Shown: positions 9,916 through 19,161 of the stretch, piece after piece
Layout of the letters: every line of letters begins with the position of its first letter
Position numbering within the stretch: the stretch's first letter is position 1
IMG/VR virus record: IMGVR_UViG_3300044506_000032
Span: 1-64,000 of that record
Origin: a virus
Taxonomy: Duplodnaviria > Caudoviricetes
DNA length: 64,000 bases
Reading direction: 5' to 3' (one strand)
Translations under genes and position numbers: made by a program
The notes under the pieces: model-generated
Told to the model about the DNA's origin: nothing
The model's database searches: none
The model's input: the letters and a program-made list of their open reading frames with translations, nothing else

Positions 9916-10373
9916 TGGCGCGGGTGCTGGTGACGGGTAGTCGGTCTTGGGCGGACGCCCAGTTGCTTGAGGTCGCGTTGCTCTCGGCTTGGGATGAAGC
10001 GCTGCAGGCGGGCTTCGACGGGATCGTGGTGGTTGAGGGTGAGGCCGAGGCTGGCGCCGATCCGATGGCGCGGCAGTGGGCTGAGGCTCGCGGGATCACT
10101 GTCGACCGGGTGCCGGCGGACTGGCCGGGGCCGTGTGGTTCGGACTGTCGGCCGGGGCATCGCCGGCTGCGTCGTGGCGGTGGCGAGTACTGCCCGACGG
10201 CTGGTCACCGGCGGAATCAGGTGATGGTGGACCGGGGCGCGTCGGTGGCGCTGGCGTTCCTGGTGCCGGAGTTGCCGTGTCGTGGGACGCGGGACTGTAT
10301 GCGGCGGGCGCAGCTGGCGGGGATTCCGGTGTGGAGCTTCCTTGCCCCGGCGGTTGAGGGGGCGCAGCTGTGA
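9912..10373 (+). CDS. SLOG/YspA-like (DUF2493) protein
   Basis: RVLVTGSRSW, GAD..A..WA, RNQVMV, GTRDC. Confidence 0.85.
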   Translation: MMARVLVTGSRSWADAQLLEVALLSAWDEALQAGFDGIVVVEGEAEAGADPMARQWAEARGITVDRVPADWPGPCGSDCRPGHRRLRRGGGEYCPTAGHRRNQVMVDRGASVALAFLVPELPCRGTRDCMRRAQLAGIPVWSFLAPAVEGAQL

Positions 10374-10615
10374 GCCGGTGGGTGTTGGAGGCCGGGGTTC
10401 TGTTCCGGGTGTTGGACGAGGAGCGGGCGGCGCGGGGTCTGAACTGGGTGTCGGTGGGTCGGGAGTTGGGCCTGTCGCCGAACGTGTTCTCGCGGATGCG
10501 GCGCGGGGGTGTTCCGGACGCTCACGCCCTCGGGTCGCTGCTGATGTGGCTGGGGTGGGCGCCCGAGCTCGCGCTGTTGGTGCGGAAGTCGGCGCCGGCG
10601 GGTGAGCAGCGGTGA
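10370..10615 (+). CDS. XRE-like HTH protein
   Basis: LDEERAARGLNWVSVGRELGLSPNVFSRMRRG. Confidence 0.75.
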   Translation: MSRWVLEAGVLFRVLDEERAARGLNWVSVGRELGLSPNVFSRMRRGGVPDAHALGSLLMWLGWAPELALLVRKSAPAGEQR

Positions 10616-10863
10616 GCAGGCGGCGCGAGACGCCGGTGTCCTGCACCTGGGATGACGTGCTTGAGGTCATGTTTCCGCGGTTGACGTTGCTGGTCGAGGA
10701 GTCGCGGGTCGAGGAGGTTCGCGCGGCGGTTGCTGGGGCTGATCTGCCGGCTCGGGTGACGGTGTTGGCGTCGCCGCTGGTGCCGCCGGGTCAGGTGCTG
10801 GTGGCGAACGAGTCGGAGCTGGACCGGGCGTTTCGCGAGGCGGTTCTGCGGGGGCTGCGGTGA
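10612..10863 (+). CDS. hypothetical protein
   Basis: GTGA coupling. Confidence 0.6.
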   Translation: MSRRRETPVSCTWDDVLEVMFPRLTLLVEESRVEEVRAAVAGADLPARVTVLASPLVPPGQVLVANESELDRAFREAVLRGLR

Positions 10864-11147
10864 GCGGCCTGGACCGGTTCTACGAGGTGTCGGCGTCGGC
10901 GGTGGCGTGGCTGGTTGGCGGCCCGTATGACGGCCGTGAGCAGCCTTTTCCGGGGGTGCTGCTGGAGGGCGCGCAGCCGCGCTTGTTCTTCCTCGCGGAG
11001 TCGGTGGATCTGCCGTTGGTGGGCGTGACGGCTGGGCCTCCGCCTCGTGTCGAGCAGGTGGTGTACGAGGCGCTGCGGGACGGTGGCGGGTTCTACTCGC
11101 GCGACGACCAGGGTCGGGTCAGGTTCGACTTCTGGGGGCCGTGGTGA
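10860..11147 (+). CDS. hypothetical protein
   Basis: GTGA coupling; LVGGPYDG phage motif. Confidence 0.6.
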   Translation: MSGLDRFYEVSASAVAWLVGGPYDGREQPFPGVLLEGAQPRLFFLAESVDLPLVGVTAGPPPRVEQVVYEALRDGGGFYSRDDQGRVRFDFWGPW

Positions 11148-11215
11148 GCGACTCCGGGCAGCACGAATCGCCGCGCGGCGGCGTGGCCGGGCGGCTGCGG
11201 GACGGGCGGTGCGGG

Positions 11216-11509
11216 CTACTGCTCGGTGGCGGCTTCTGCAGCTCGCTTCCGGGCCGCGGCCTCGGCGCCGACGGTGGGTGCCTTGCGGCGGTTGTCGACG
11301 CCGATCTCGGTTGCGATCTTCCGGAAGTACTCGGAGGTGAGCCCGGTGAGGGCGGCGAGTTCCTGGTTGCTGGCGCCGGCTCGGATGGCTTCTTCGGCTG
11401 CTTCTCGAACCTGTGGCTTGAGCTTGCGTTCGGTCTCGTAGGCGCGCTTGTAGCTGGCGAAGAGCTGGCTGGCTTTGGTGTCGGGTTCGTAGCTGGTCAT
11501 GGGTGTCAT
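11216..11509 (-). CDS. small HTH DNA-binding protein (divergent cassette regulator)
   Basis: AIRAGASNQELAALTGLTSEYFRKIA; basic tail; start uncertain. Confidence 0.75.
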   Translation of the reverse strand: MTPMTSYEPDTKASQLFASYKRAYETERKLKPQVREAAEEAIRAGASNQELAALTGLTSEYFRKIATEIGVDNRRKAPTVGAEAAARKRAAEAATEQ

Positions 11510-11572
11510 GGTCTCACGGGTGCTGGCCATCGGGTAGGCCACCGCGTTGGGCTTCCAAAGAATCTTGAAGGA

Positions 11573-11616
11573 CAACACGTTGGCCTATTGCATGGCCAAC
11601 GTGTTGGGCTCATACT
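11573..11616 (+). promoter_or_regulatory. sigma70-type promoter overlapped by a 13-bp inverted-repeat operator
   Basis: CAACACGTTGGCC-N8-GGCCAACGTGTTG; TTGCAT-N17-CATACT. Confidence 0.75.
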
Positions 11617-11666
11617 GGAGTCGTCAGGGCAGCAGCAAGCGGCCCAACTCCCGTACGGAGGCCCCC

Positions 11667-11996
11667 ATGAACGAGCACACCAACTGCCTCCGCTGCGGCC
11701 GCAAGCTCACCTCGAAGACCAGCATCACCAAGGGCTACGGCCGAGGCTGCGCCACCAAGGTCCGCCAGGCCGAGCAGGCCACCACCGACTACAGCCCCGC
11801 CCAGATCGACTCCGCCCGCGAGCTCATCGAGGACGGCGCGATCGTCCAGATCCGTCCCCGCGTCTGTCGCTCCGTCAGCAGCGACGGCACCGAGCTCTAC
11901 CTGACCGCCGTCACCGGCCAGTGCAACTGCCCGGCCGGCCTCAAGAGCAAGCGCTGCTACCACGCGCTGGCCACCGCTCTTCTCCTTGCCGCCTAG
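11667..11996 (+). CDS. DUF6011-like zinc domain plus SWIM zinc finger protein
   Basis: CLRCGRKLTS..SI..GYGRGCA; CNCPAG....CYH. Confidence 0.75.
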   Translation: MNEHTNCLRCGRKLTSKTSITKGYGRGCATKVRQAEQATTDYSPAQIDSARELIEDGAIVQIRPRVCRSVSSDGTELYLTAVTGQCNCPAGLKSKRCYHALATALLLAA

Positions 11997-12005
11997 GAGG
12001 CCGCA

Positions 12006-12299
12006 ATGAACCCCATCGACATCCGTGACCTCGCACTGAGCCTCAGTGACCTTCTTGCCGGACTCGACAGCCACCTCACCCGCGGCCCGCTTCTCGTCAC
12101 CCGCGACGACGAACCCGAAGCCGTGATCATCCGCCACCGCGCATACGCACCCCGGCTCCACCACTTCGACATCACCCCGGACAACAGGCTTCTCTGCCTC
12201 CTCTGCCCGCCGGAGACCGGCACGTTCGGACGTCCGTTGCAGCACCTCGGCGAAGCCATCGAATGGGCCAACGCCCACTGGTGCGACACCCACCGCTGA
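12006..12299 (+). CDS. hypothetical protein
   Basis: AGGAGG RBS. Confidence 0.65.
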   Translation: MNPIDIRDLALSLSDLLAGLDSHLTRGPLLVTRDDEPEAVIIRHRAYAPRLHHFDITPDNRLLCLLCPPETGTFGRPLQHLGEAIEWANAHWCDTHR

Positions 12300-12360
12300 C
12301 TGTCGCCTGACCGCCGCCCAGACCACCCGCCCGCGCACCACCCCCAGGAAGGCCCTCACT

Positions 12361-12540
12361 GTGAACAGCAACAAGACCACCGAAGCCGAAACCGACGTGC
12401 TCGCCGATGTCCGCAGGCGTGTGGCTGGCGCCTTCATCCGCGGCGAGATCACGATGCGGCAGGCCGTCGAGCTCGTGTCCGCCATCGACAAGGCCATCGC
12501 CAACCTCGCCGCCGGCACCCAACCGCCCGCCGCCGTCTGA
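12361..12540 (+). CDS. hypothetical protein
   Basis: AGGAAGG RBS; high GC3. Confidence 0.55.
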   Translation: MNSNKTTEAETDVLADVRRRVAGAFIRGEITMRQAVELVSAIDKAIANLAAGTQPPAAV

Positions 12541-12637
12541 TGGCCGCCCGGGTGCGCGACCCGATCGCGCGCCCTGCGAGGCACTCAGCCGACCAACCAC
12601 CCACCTGACCGACCAAACCAACCCTGGACGGACTCTC

Positions 12638-12955
12638 ATGCAAAGCCACGACGCCGAGTTCGCGGAGCACGGCCGCACCCCCATCCCCAACCGCCCCGAC
12701 ACAAGCCCGGCATTCGCTGTCGTCTTCTGTCGCCCCGACACCGGCCTCGCCCCCGTGTGGGGACCGTTCCGCGAGCGGGACGCTGCCGAGCGGTTCGCCC
12801 GGTTCGTGACCGAGGAGATTGACCCGGCGCGCGTGACCACCTGGGTTGAGGCCGCCGGACTCCCCGGCGGCCGACCGGCTGACCCGGTCGCGGAGCTGCT
12901 GGCCTGGCGGGACTCTGTGGCGCTTCCGCAGATCGCCGTGTACCGGCCGGCCTGA
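12638..12955 (+). CDS. hypothetical protein
   Basis: ORF containing VWGPF. Confidence 0.55.
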   Translation: MQSHDAEFAEHGRTPIPNRPDTSPAFAVVFCRPDTGLAPVWGPFRERDAAERFARFVTEEIDPARVTTWVEAAGLPGGRPADPVAELLAWRDSVALPQIAVYRPA

Positions 12956-13032
12956 TCCTCTCCCCGCCCGCCTTGTGGCCCGCGCGGCGGCCTGAAGCCG
13001 CGCACCCCAACCACCTACCGCTGAGGAGAACG

Positions 13033-13353
13033 ATGTCCACCATCGTCACGACCGTGCCGTACAGCGAGAAGCAGATGCTGATGCTCGACCTGCCGAACGG
13101 CGCCCCGGACGTGCACTCGGGGAGTGACGTCCTCGTCCCGAACCGGGTCACGATCGCTTACGCGCAGCACGAGTCGTTCGCGGTGCCCCAGTCGGTCGAG
13201 GTGACCGTCAAGGGGCTGCTGCGGAACCTGGACGGGACCGTGAGCAGCCGCGCCAACACCGTCGAGGTGTGGCGGTACGTCGAGCCGGCCGAGCGTGCGG
13301 CGTGGGTGGCTCAGTTGGTGGCGGAGAACCTGCCGGCGTGGTGGACCGCATGA
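13033..13353 (+). CDS. hypothetical protein
   Basis: GAGGAG RBS; coupled to the next ORF. Confidence 0.7.
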   Translation: MSTIVTTVPYSEKQMLMLDLPNGAPDVHSGSDVLVPNRVTIAYAQHESFAVPQSVEVTVKGLLRNLDGTVSSRANTVEVWRYVEPAERAAWVAQLVAENLPAWWTA

Positions 13354-13529
13354 GTCTCTCGCCACGCGCCATCGCCGAGCCGTCCGCCTGCGGCCGCTGC
13401 GGCATCCCCGAGCGCGAGCACTGGCTGCAGGCCACGGCAACCGACGTCCACGCGTACGAGCCGCCTACGACCGCCCAGATCAAGGACCGCATGCAGGCGC
13501 GCCGCGCCACCACCACCGAGACCGTCTGA
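13350..13529 (+). CDS. small zinc-binding phage protein
   Basis: PSACGRCGIPEREH...YEPPT.AQIKDRM. Confidence 0.7.
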   Translation: MSLSPRAIAEPSACGRCGIPEREHWLQATATDVHAYEPPTTAQIKDRMQARRATTTETV

Positions 13530-13540
13530 GGAGACCCGCG

Positions 13541-13861
13541 ATGACCGCGATCCACGCCAACGCCTGCGGCACCTGTCGCCAGCTCGCCACCAGCGACCTG
13601 CCCATCGAGCACGACGAGTGCCACGCCCGCGCCCAGCTCGTTCCCGCACCTGATGCCCCGGGCTACGACGACCTGGCCGGCATGACCGAGGAGCAGCGCA
13701 AGGCGCTCCCGCCGCGTTTCCACACCCCCGTCTACGACGACCTCGGGACCCCGAAGTTGTGGCTGTGCGCCGTGTGCTGGGGCGACGGGTCGGTGAGCGC
13801 CTGGCCGTGCGAGGTCGCGGCCAACAATGGCCGCCTCGTCTTCGCCAACCCGACGGCCTGA
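13541..13861 (+). CDS. hypothetical protein
   Basis: GAGGAG RBS; CAVCW...WPC. Confidence 0.7.
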   Translation: MTAIHANACGTCRQLATSDLPIEHDECHARAQLVPAPDAPGYDDLAGMTEEQRKALPPRFHTPVYDDLGTPKLWLCAVCWGDGSVSAWPCEVAANNGRLVFANPTA

Positions 13862-13872
13862 GGAGGCTGCTG

Positions 13873-14271
13873 ATGTCCGACACCGCCACCGCCCGCGAGC
13901 GCCTGCTCGACGTCATCAGCTTCACCGAGTGCGCGAACGGCGGGACTTCGCCGGACGCCCTGCTCGACGCCTATCGGGACCAGCTGCTCCCGCCGTGGGA
14001 GGCCGTGTACGAGTCCGCGACGTTCACGCCGCGCCTGATCGCCTACTGCACCAGCGAGGTGGCCGCCAGGGGCGCAGCGGAGGCGTGGCTGCGCGAGCAC
14101 GGCACTGTCCCGGGCGGCCTGGAGTGGATGCCGGACCCGCAGATGGTCGGCGACGAGTGGTCCGACTGGCATGCCCTCACCTATCGGGACGCGGACGGCC
14201 TGTGGATCGACACCGACGTCGTCGTCCGCCGCCGGGCCGCCCGCACCACCACCGCCCAGGAGCAGCAGTGA
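13873..14271 (+). CDS. hypothetical protein
   Basis: AGGAGG RBS. Confidence 0.7.
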   Translation: MSDTATARERLLDVISFTECANGGTSPDALLDAYRDQLLPPWEAVYESATFTPRLIAYCTSEVAARGAAEAWLREHGTVPGGLEWMPDPQMVGDEWSDWHALTYRDADGLWIDTDVVVRRRAARTTTAQEQQ

Positions 14272-14564
14272 GCAGCGCCGACGCCGACCAGCCGGACCGT
14301 TGCCCGCGGTGTCGTTGCGACGGCTGCAACGGGCGCCTCGACCAGCACACAGACGGTACCTGCGGCTGTGAGGACTGCGTGGCCTGTCCCGAATACGCGT
14401 GCACCGCGTTCGTCCTGCCGGTGCGGATCGGCATCCTCGCGCAGCAGCTCGGGCCGCTCTTGTCGGCGCACCTCAATGAGAAGGCCCGGCGCCGCTGCCT
14501 CGCCGTCGCGCACACCGCGCACCACGCCCTGCACGACTACGACCACCCCGAGGAATCCCGATGA
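14268..14564 (+). CDS. Cys-rich hypothetical protein
   Basis: CPRCRCDGC...CGCEDCVACPEYAC; coupled. Confidence 0.6.
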   Translation: MSSADADQPDRCPRCRCDGCNGRLDQHTDGTCGCEDCVACPEYACTAFVLPVRIGILAQQLGPLLSAHLNEKARRRCLAVAHTAHHALHDYDHPEESR

Positions 14565-14794
14565 GCGCCGCCTGCACCTGTGGCCGGATTGCCATCGGTC
14601 TGCAGGTCACCGACCACCGCGTGTGGCACCCGGACTGCCCGGAGCACGGCACCGGCTCCGCGTGGTGGAACTCGCCCGAGCAGCAGACCGCCCGCGCCGA
14701 GCGCCGCGAGCGACTGCGCGACCTACAGGCCCGTGCCAGGCAGGCCCGCACGGGCGCCCGCACCGTCCACGCCCCGAACGGAGACCCCCGATGA
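14561..14794 (+). CDS. hypothetical protein
   Basis: ATGA coupling; CTCG...CPEHG. Confidence 0.6.
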   Translation: MSAACTCGRIAIGLQVTDHRVWHPDCPEHGTGSAWWNSPEQQTARAERRERLRDLQARARQARTGARTVHAPNGDPR

Positions 14795-15237
14795 CCGAGC
14801 AGCCGCGCCGGATCCAGCGCCGCCGAACCGCCGGGTGGCGCAAGCCCGAGAACACGGTGGTCGTCACCCGGCCGTCCCGGTTCGGGAACCCGGCCAAGCT
14901 CAGCACCTGCCAGGAGCTGGGCTACCTCGACCCCCGAGAGGCCGCGGTCGAGTTCTTCCGCCTCTGGCTCGCCGGTGACCGGTTCCAGTGGCAGGCCGAG
15001 GAGGCTGACCCGCGACGGGAGCAGATCCTCGCCGGCCTGCCGTCGCTGCGCGGCAAACACCTCGCCTGCTACTGCCCCGAGGGCGCCTCCTGTCACGCCG
15101 ACGTGCTGCTCGCCAAAGCCCAGTTGCCTGAGGCGGAGCTGACCGACTGGATCGCCAAGGTCCGGGCCCGCGTGGACCGCAACCGGGCGTACCACGGCCT
15201 GCCGCCCATCACCCAGACCACCGGAGACCCCCGATGA
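14791..15237 (+). CDS. DUF4326-family protein
   Basis: PRRIQRRRTAGWRKP, TRPSRFGNP, LRGKHLACYC, CHADVLL. Confidence 0.9.
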   Translation: MTEQPRRIQRRRTAGWRKPENTVVVTRPSRFGNPAKLSTCQELGYLDPREAAVEFFRLWLAGDRFQWQAEEADPRREQILAGLPSLRGKHLACYCPEGASCHADVLLAKAQLPEAELTDWIAKVRARVDRNRAYHGLPPITQTTGDPR

Positions 15238-15740
15238 CCGCCACCCCGCCGCTGTCCGCCGAGCAGCACGCCGCCATCCGCGCCCGCGAAGCCGCCGCCA
15301 CCCCCGGCCCGTGGGAGGCGTACCCGCACGACCACCCGGCCTCCGGCTGCCGTTGCCTCTCGTGCAGCGACCCAGTGGTCGGATGGACGATCGAGACACC
15401 GGCATCGGCGTTCTGCGACGACCTGGTGGCGAGGCGCTCCAACGCGGGCGAACTGAACGACTTCCGCCGCCCGCTCGCATCGTGCGGAGAGGGTCCGCTC
15501 CTGCGCTACGAGGACGCCGAGTTCGCCGCCCACGCCCGCGAGGCCGTGCCCGCGCTGCTCGCCGAGGTCGACCGGCTGCGCGCCGAGCGCGCCGAAGCGG
15601 CTCAGCTCAGCCACCAGTACCGCAACGAACGAGACCGGCTCCGCGCCGAGCTGGCCGCCGCCCGCTGCGCCTGCTACCCGGACCCGCTCGACCACGAGGA
15701 CGACTGCCCCCGAGCCGCCGCCCCGACCGCGACCACCTGA
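15234..15740 (+). CDS. phage protein with ATPGPW motif
   Basis: REAAATPGPW...DAEFAAHAREAVPALLAEVDRLR. Confidence 0.75.
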   Translation: MTATPPLSAEQHAAIRAREAAATPGPWEAYPHDHPASGCRCLSCSDPVVGWTIETPASAFCDDLVARRSNAGELNDFRRPLASCGEGPLLRYEDAEFAAHAREAVPALLAEVDRLRAERAEAAQLSHQYRNERDRLRAELAAARCACYPDPLDHEDDCPRAAAPTATT

Positions 15741-15753
15741 CCGGAGACCACCC

Positions 15754-15963
15754 GTGATCACCCTGACCCAGCACCTGCCCACGACCCCTAGCGACCTCGC
15801 CCACCTGATGGCCGAACTCGACCAGCAGGCCAAGCCCGGCGAGCCCGACCCGTCCCTCGCCCTGTGGGAGCAGCTGAATACGCAGGAGGGCTACGACGTG
15901 GCCTCCCCGCTGTGGCGCGACGCCTGCAACTACTACGACCACCTGATGAGCGACGAGGGCTGA
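15754..15963 (+). CDS. hypothetical protein
   Basis: GGAG RBS. Confidence 0.65.
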   Translation: MITLTQHLPTTPSDLAHLMAELDQQAKPGEPDPSLALWEQLNTQEGYDVASPLWRDACNYYDHLMSDEG

Positions 15964-16022
15964 CCCGTCACCGGCCGCCGCACCCCGCGGCGGCCGACCC
16001 AACCACCAAGGAGCACCCACCC

Positions 16023-16196
16023 ATGACCCACCTGCCCGGATGCGCCGCCGACACCCACCCCGACCCCGGCATGTGCTTCTGCGACCAGCGCGAAGCCTTC
16101 GCCGCGAAGCACAAGCTCCCGCAGCCCGACGCGGACCACCTGCTCGAGGAGGCCCAGCGCCACGGCATCGACCCCGACCAGCTGGCCACCCAGTGA
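16023..16196 (+). CDS. hypothetical protein
   Basis: AAGGAG RBS. Confidence 0.6.
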   Translation: MTHLPGCAADTHPDPGMCFCDQREAFAAKHKLPQPDADHLLEEAQRHGIDPDQLATQ

Positions 16197-16316
16197 TCGC
16201 CGAGCCGCCGCCGGCACCCGACGGCGAGCCGGACCGGATCCCCTGCTGACCGCCACCTGCCGCCCGGCGCACTGTCGGGCGGCGCCCTCCAGCCCCACCG
16301 CACCACGGAGCCGCAC

Positions 16317-17207
16317 ATGCCCCGCTACCTGCTCCACCTCCACCTGCCCGGCCAGCCCATACCGCCGATCCCCGTCGACGCCGACACCCCGGCCGACCTG
16401 GCCGCCGCCGTGCACGCCCACGCCCGGCCCCGGCTCGGCTCCCGCACCGTCGACGTCCACCTCGACCCGGCCACGCTCACCGGCGACATCCAGCGCGCCG
16501 GCAGCCCCGCCGGCACGTTCACCCTGGAACTGGCAGCCGAGGCGCAGCCGGCCGGCCCCGACAGTGCCGACGGCATCCGCTGGGACTGGACCCTCCAGGA
16601 CCTCGACCGGCTCGCCCGCTCCGTCGTCTCCAACAACCGCACCTGGTGGCCCGCAGGCGACCGCGACGACCTGTACGACGCCGCCTGGCACGGCATCGTC
16701 GAGCACCTGTACAGCGCCCAGCAGGAACCGCGCCGCACCGACCTCATGGAAGCCGGCCGGCGCGCCCTCGCCCGGGACGTGAAGGACACCATGCGCCACC
16801 ACGGCGCCCGAACCGACGGCACCAACAACGGCCTCAAGCACGCCATCTACTGGCAGTGGGCCGGCCGCGCCGTCCCCAGCCCGGAAGGGCCGATCGTCGA
16901 GAGGCTGGCGCTGGCACAGATCCTCGCGGCCCTCACCCCGCGGCAGCGCGAGGCGTTCAACGCGCTCGCGGCACTGGGCGACTACTCCAAGGCCGCCGCC
17001 CTGCTCGACGTCGAACCCCAGACGTTCAGGTCCCTCCTCGGTCGTGCCCGCGGCGGCTTCCGGGCCCTGTGGCACGAGGGCGAGATCCCGTCCAAGCCGT
17101 GGGGCTGCGACCGGCGCGCGGGACGGACCGCCGGCCAGATCACCGGCGGCGACAAGGCGCTGAACCGGCTCCGCCGACGCACCCGCGCCAAGCAGGTGGC
17201 GGCATGA
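16317..17207 (+). CDS. sigma-70/ECF-like factor with extra N-terminal domain
   Basis: Region-2-like DRDDLYDAAWHGIVE; region-4 HTH LTPRQREAF...YSKAAALLDVEPQTFRSLLGRAR. Confidence 0.7.
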   Translation: MPRYLLHLHLPGQPIPPIPVDADTPADLAAAVHAHARPRLGSRTVDVHLDPATLTGDIQRAGSPAGTFTLELAAEAQPAGPDSADGIRWDWTLQDLDRLARSVVSNNRTWWPAGDRDDLYDAAWHGIVEHLYSAQQEPRRTDLMEAGRRALARDVKDTMRHHGARTDGTNNGLKHAIYWQWAGRAVPSPEGPIVERLALAQILAALTPRQREAFNALAALGDYSKAAALLDVEPQTFRSLLGRARGGFRALWHEGEIPSKPWGCDRRAGRTAGQITGGDKALNRLRRRTRAKQVAA

Positions 17208-17668
17208 CCCGCCCGTCCGAGATCACGGCCGCGGAGCATCAGCGGATGGTGCTGCGGGAGACGCTGCGCCTCGCCGTGCCCCTGCACATGTTCGAGCTGC
17301 GGGACCGGCCGGCGCGGATCCTCGCGGCGATCGCCTCGCACGCCGCGACCACGATCGGCTCGCACGGCGACGCCCTGCAGTACGGCGGCAAGCACTGCGC
17401 GCAGGCGTTCAACGCGCTCGCCCGTGGGTTGGCCGCGGCGGCGCTCACTGTCGAGGGCGGCGTCGACTTCCAGGGCCTGCACTGGTGCCGGCTCCCCAAC
17501 TGCCGCGCCAAGCACCGGTTCGAGCACGTGCCCGCCGTGGATCTGGACACGCTTGGCGCCCCCGTGGACGACGACGGCCCGTACCGGCTGCTGCGCCACG
17601 GCCAGCGCCGGCCCATCGAGGACGGCCCGGCGGTCGACGACTACCAGCCGGACGCACAGTCCGCGTAA
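17204..17668 (+). CDS. hypothetical protein
   Basis: ATGA coupling. Confidence 0.65.
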   Translation: MTRPSEITAAEHQRMVLRETLRLAVPLHMFELRDRPARILAAIASHAATTIGSHGDALQYGGKHCAQAFNALARGLAAAALTVEGGVDFQGLHWCRLPNCRAKHRFEHVPAVDLDTLGAPVDDDGPYRLLRHGQRRPIEDGPAVDDYQPDAQSA

Positions 17669-17716
17669 CACCCACGCCGCCCGTACCCCGGGCGGCCCAA
17701 CCACCAGGAGACACCG

Positions 17717-18040
17717 ATGAACGACCAGACCCCCGCCGACCACCGCCCGACCATCACCGTGTCCGAGTACACGATCAACGCCCTGCCGCCTGAGGCCCGC
17801 GTCGCCGACTGGTGGAACTGGAGCGTCTACGCCCGCCACACCCGCGCCGGGCGGTGGATCGTCACCACCGGCGGCGAGTTCTACGACGCCAACGGCAACC
17901 CGCACGGCACCGCCCGTGAGGCCGGCGACCACACCCGCGCCGACGCCATCGACCTCGCCACCCGGATTGCCTCGACCATGACGCTCATGGGCATGACCGC
18001 CGCGCAGGCCGCGGCCCGCATTCTCGGCGGCGCGAGATGA
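17717..18040 (+). CDS. hypothetical protein
   Basis: AGGAG RBS. Confidence 0.7.
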   Translation: MNDQTPADHRPTITVSEYTINALPPEARVADWWNWSVYARHTRAGRWIVTTGGEFYDANGNPHGTAREAGDHTRADAIDLATRIASTMTLMGMTAAQAAARILGGAR

Positions 18041-18195
18041 CCGCCGACTTGCTGTGGGTCGTGCCGCTGGTGGTGCTGGTCCTGTACGTGGTGGTGCGTG
18101 CCGCCGCGGCCGGCAACAAGAGCGGGCGGAAGCGGAACGAGCCGCCGCCGCTGTTCGGCGACGAGACCGAGGAGGAGAGAGATCGTGGGCAGTGA
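18037..18195 (+). CDS. small membrane protein
   Basis: N-terminal TM LLWVVPLVVLVLYVVV. Confidence 0.6.
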   Translation: MTADLLWVVPLVVLVLYVVVRAAAAGNKSGRKRNEPPPLFGDETEEERDRGQ

Positions 18196-18361
18196 GCGAC
18201 TCGCCGCCGGAGAGATCACCGAGGAGCAGCTGACCGCGCTGTACGACCGGTTGACTCAGGCCGGCCGGACTGTGGCCGGCTTGCAGGCCGCGAACCAGCG
18301 GCTGCGTGACCGGCTGGCAAGGGTCGAGCAAGAAGGGGCAACTGATGACCAGGCCGCGTGA
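18185..18361 (+). CDS. small coiled-coil protein
   Basis: ITEEQLTALYDRL motif; GAGGAG upstream. Confidence 0.55.
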   Translation: MGSERLAAGEITEEQLTALYDRLTQAGRTVAGLQAANQRLRDRLARVEQEGATDDQAA

Positions 18362-18611
18362 CATCGAGCCGGTGCGGCCGATGGGCACGGATGCGTACGG
18401 GAAGCAGGTCCGCGACCAACTCCGTGACGCTCAGGCTCAGCTGGCCGCTGTCCGGGCGCTCCACCAGCCGGTTGACGGTCTCGGCTTCCGCGACGGCGAG
18501 TACACGACCGGCACCGCCTGTTCCAGCTGCGGGACGTCGGACGAGTTCGCGGTGTGGTGGCCGTGCTCGACTGTCCGTGTTCTCGAAGCTGGCGACGGCG
18601 GCTCGTCGTGA
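18345..18611 (+). CDS. hypothetical protein
   Basis: VRALHQP...CSSC...WWPCST. Confidence 0.6.
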   Translation: MTRPRDIEPVRPMGTDAYGKQVRDQLRDAQAQLAAVRALHQPVDGLGFRDGEYTTGTACSSCGTSDEFAVWWPCSTVRVLEAGDGGSS

Positions 18612-18799
18612 GCGCGGGCCTGGTGTGCATCCTCTGCGAGGCCGGCGAGCACATGCTGAAGCCGCGGGATCATCCGCGGTGGGATGGTGAGGAGTCGACC
18701 GGTCGGATGTGGGCGCCGGAGGATCGCTGCGCGTGCTTGTGTGCGCAGGAGCCGGTACGCAAGCTGATCGTGACTCTGGACCTGCCGCCGATGCCGTAG
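18608..18799 (+). CDS. small Cys-containing protein
   Basis: GTGA coupling; CILC...CACLC. Confidence 0.55.
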   Translation: MSAGLVCILCEAGEHMLKPRDHPRWDGEESTGRMWAPEDRCACLCAQEPVRKLIVTLDLPPMP

Positions 18800-18943
18800 C
18801 GGAGTCACTAACACCGCTCTCACGGGCTGTTGTTGCACAATGGCCCCTGACAGCACGAAACTCCCCGCCGGCCAGCAAGGGAGTTCGCGCACCGAATGAC
18901 ACCACCGGGCTCAACAGTACTCTCGACTCGCCCGGAGACGCAC

Positions 18944-19054
18944 ATGCACATCGCCGATCACGAACTCGCCGCGCTGCTCGGCCTGACGGTCGCCGAGGTC
19001 GCGCAACTGCCTGACTGGCTCGTCGCGTTCGCCATCGAGCTGATCGGCCACTGA
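18944..19054 (+). CDS. 36-aa hypothetical peptide
   Basis: GGAG RBS; MHIADHELAALLGLTVAEVAQLPDW... Confidence 0.45.
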   Translation: MHIADHELAALLGLTVAEVAQLPDWLVAFAIELIGH

Positions 19055-19161
19055 CACAGCGAAGCGGGACGCCTGCTGCCCAGACGTCCCGCCGCGTGAC
19101 CCCGTCAGGCCCTACACCCTGTGGTCGACTCCGACGGTACTCGCTCGCGAGGAGCTGCGCG

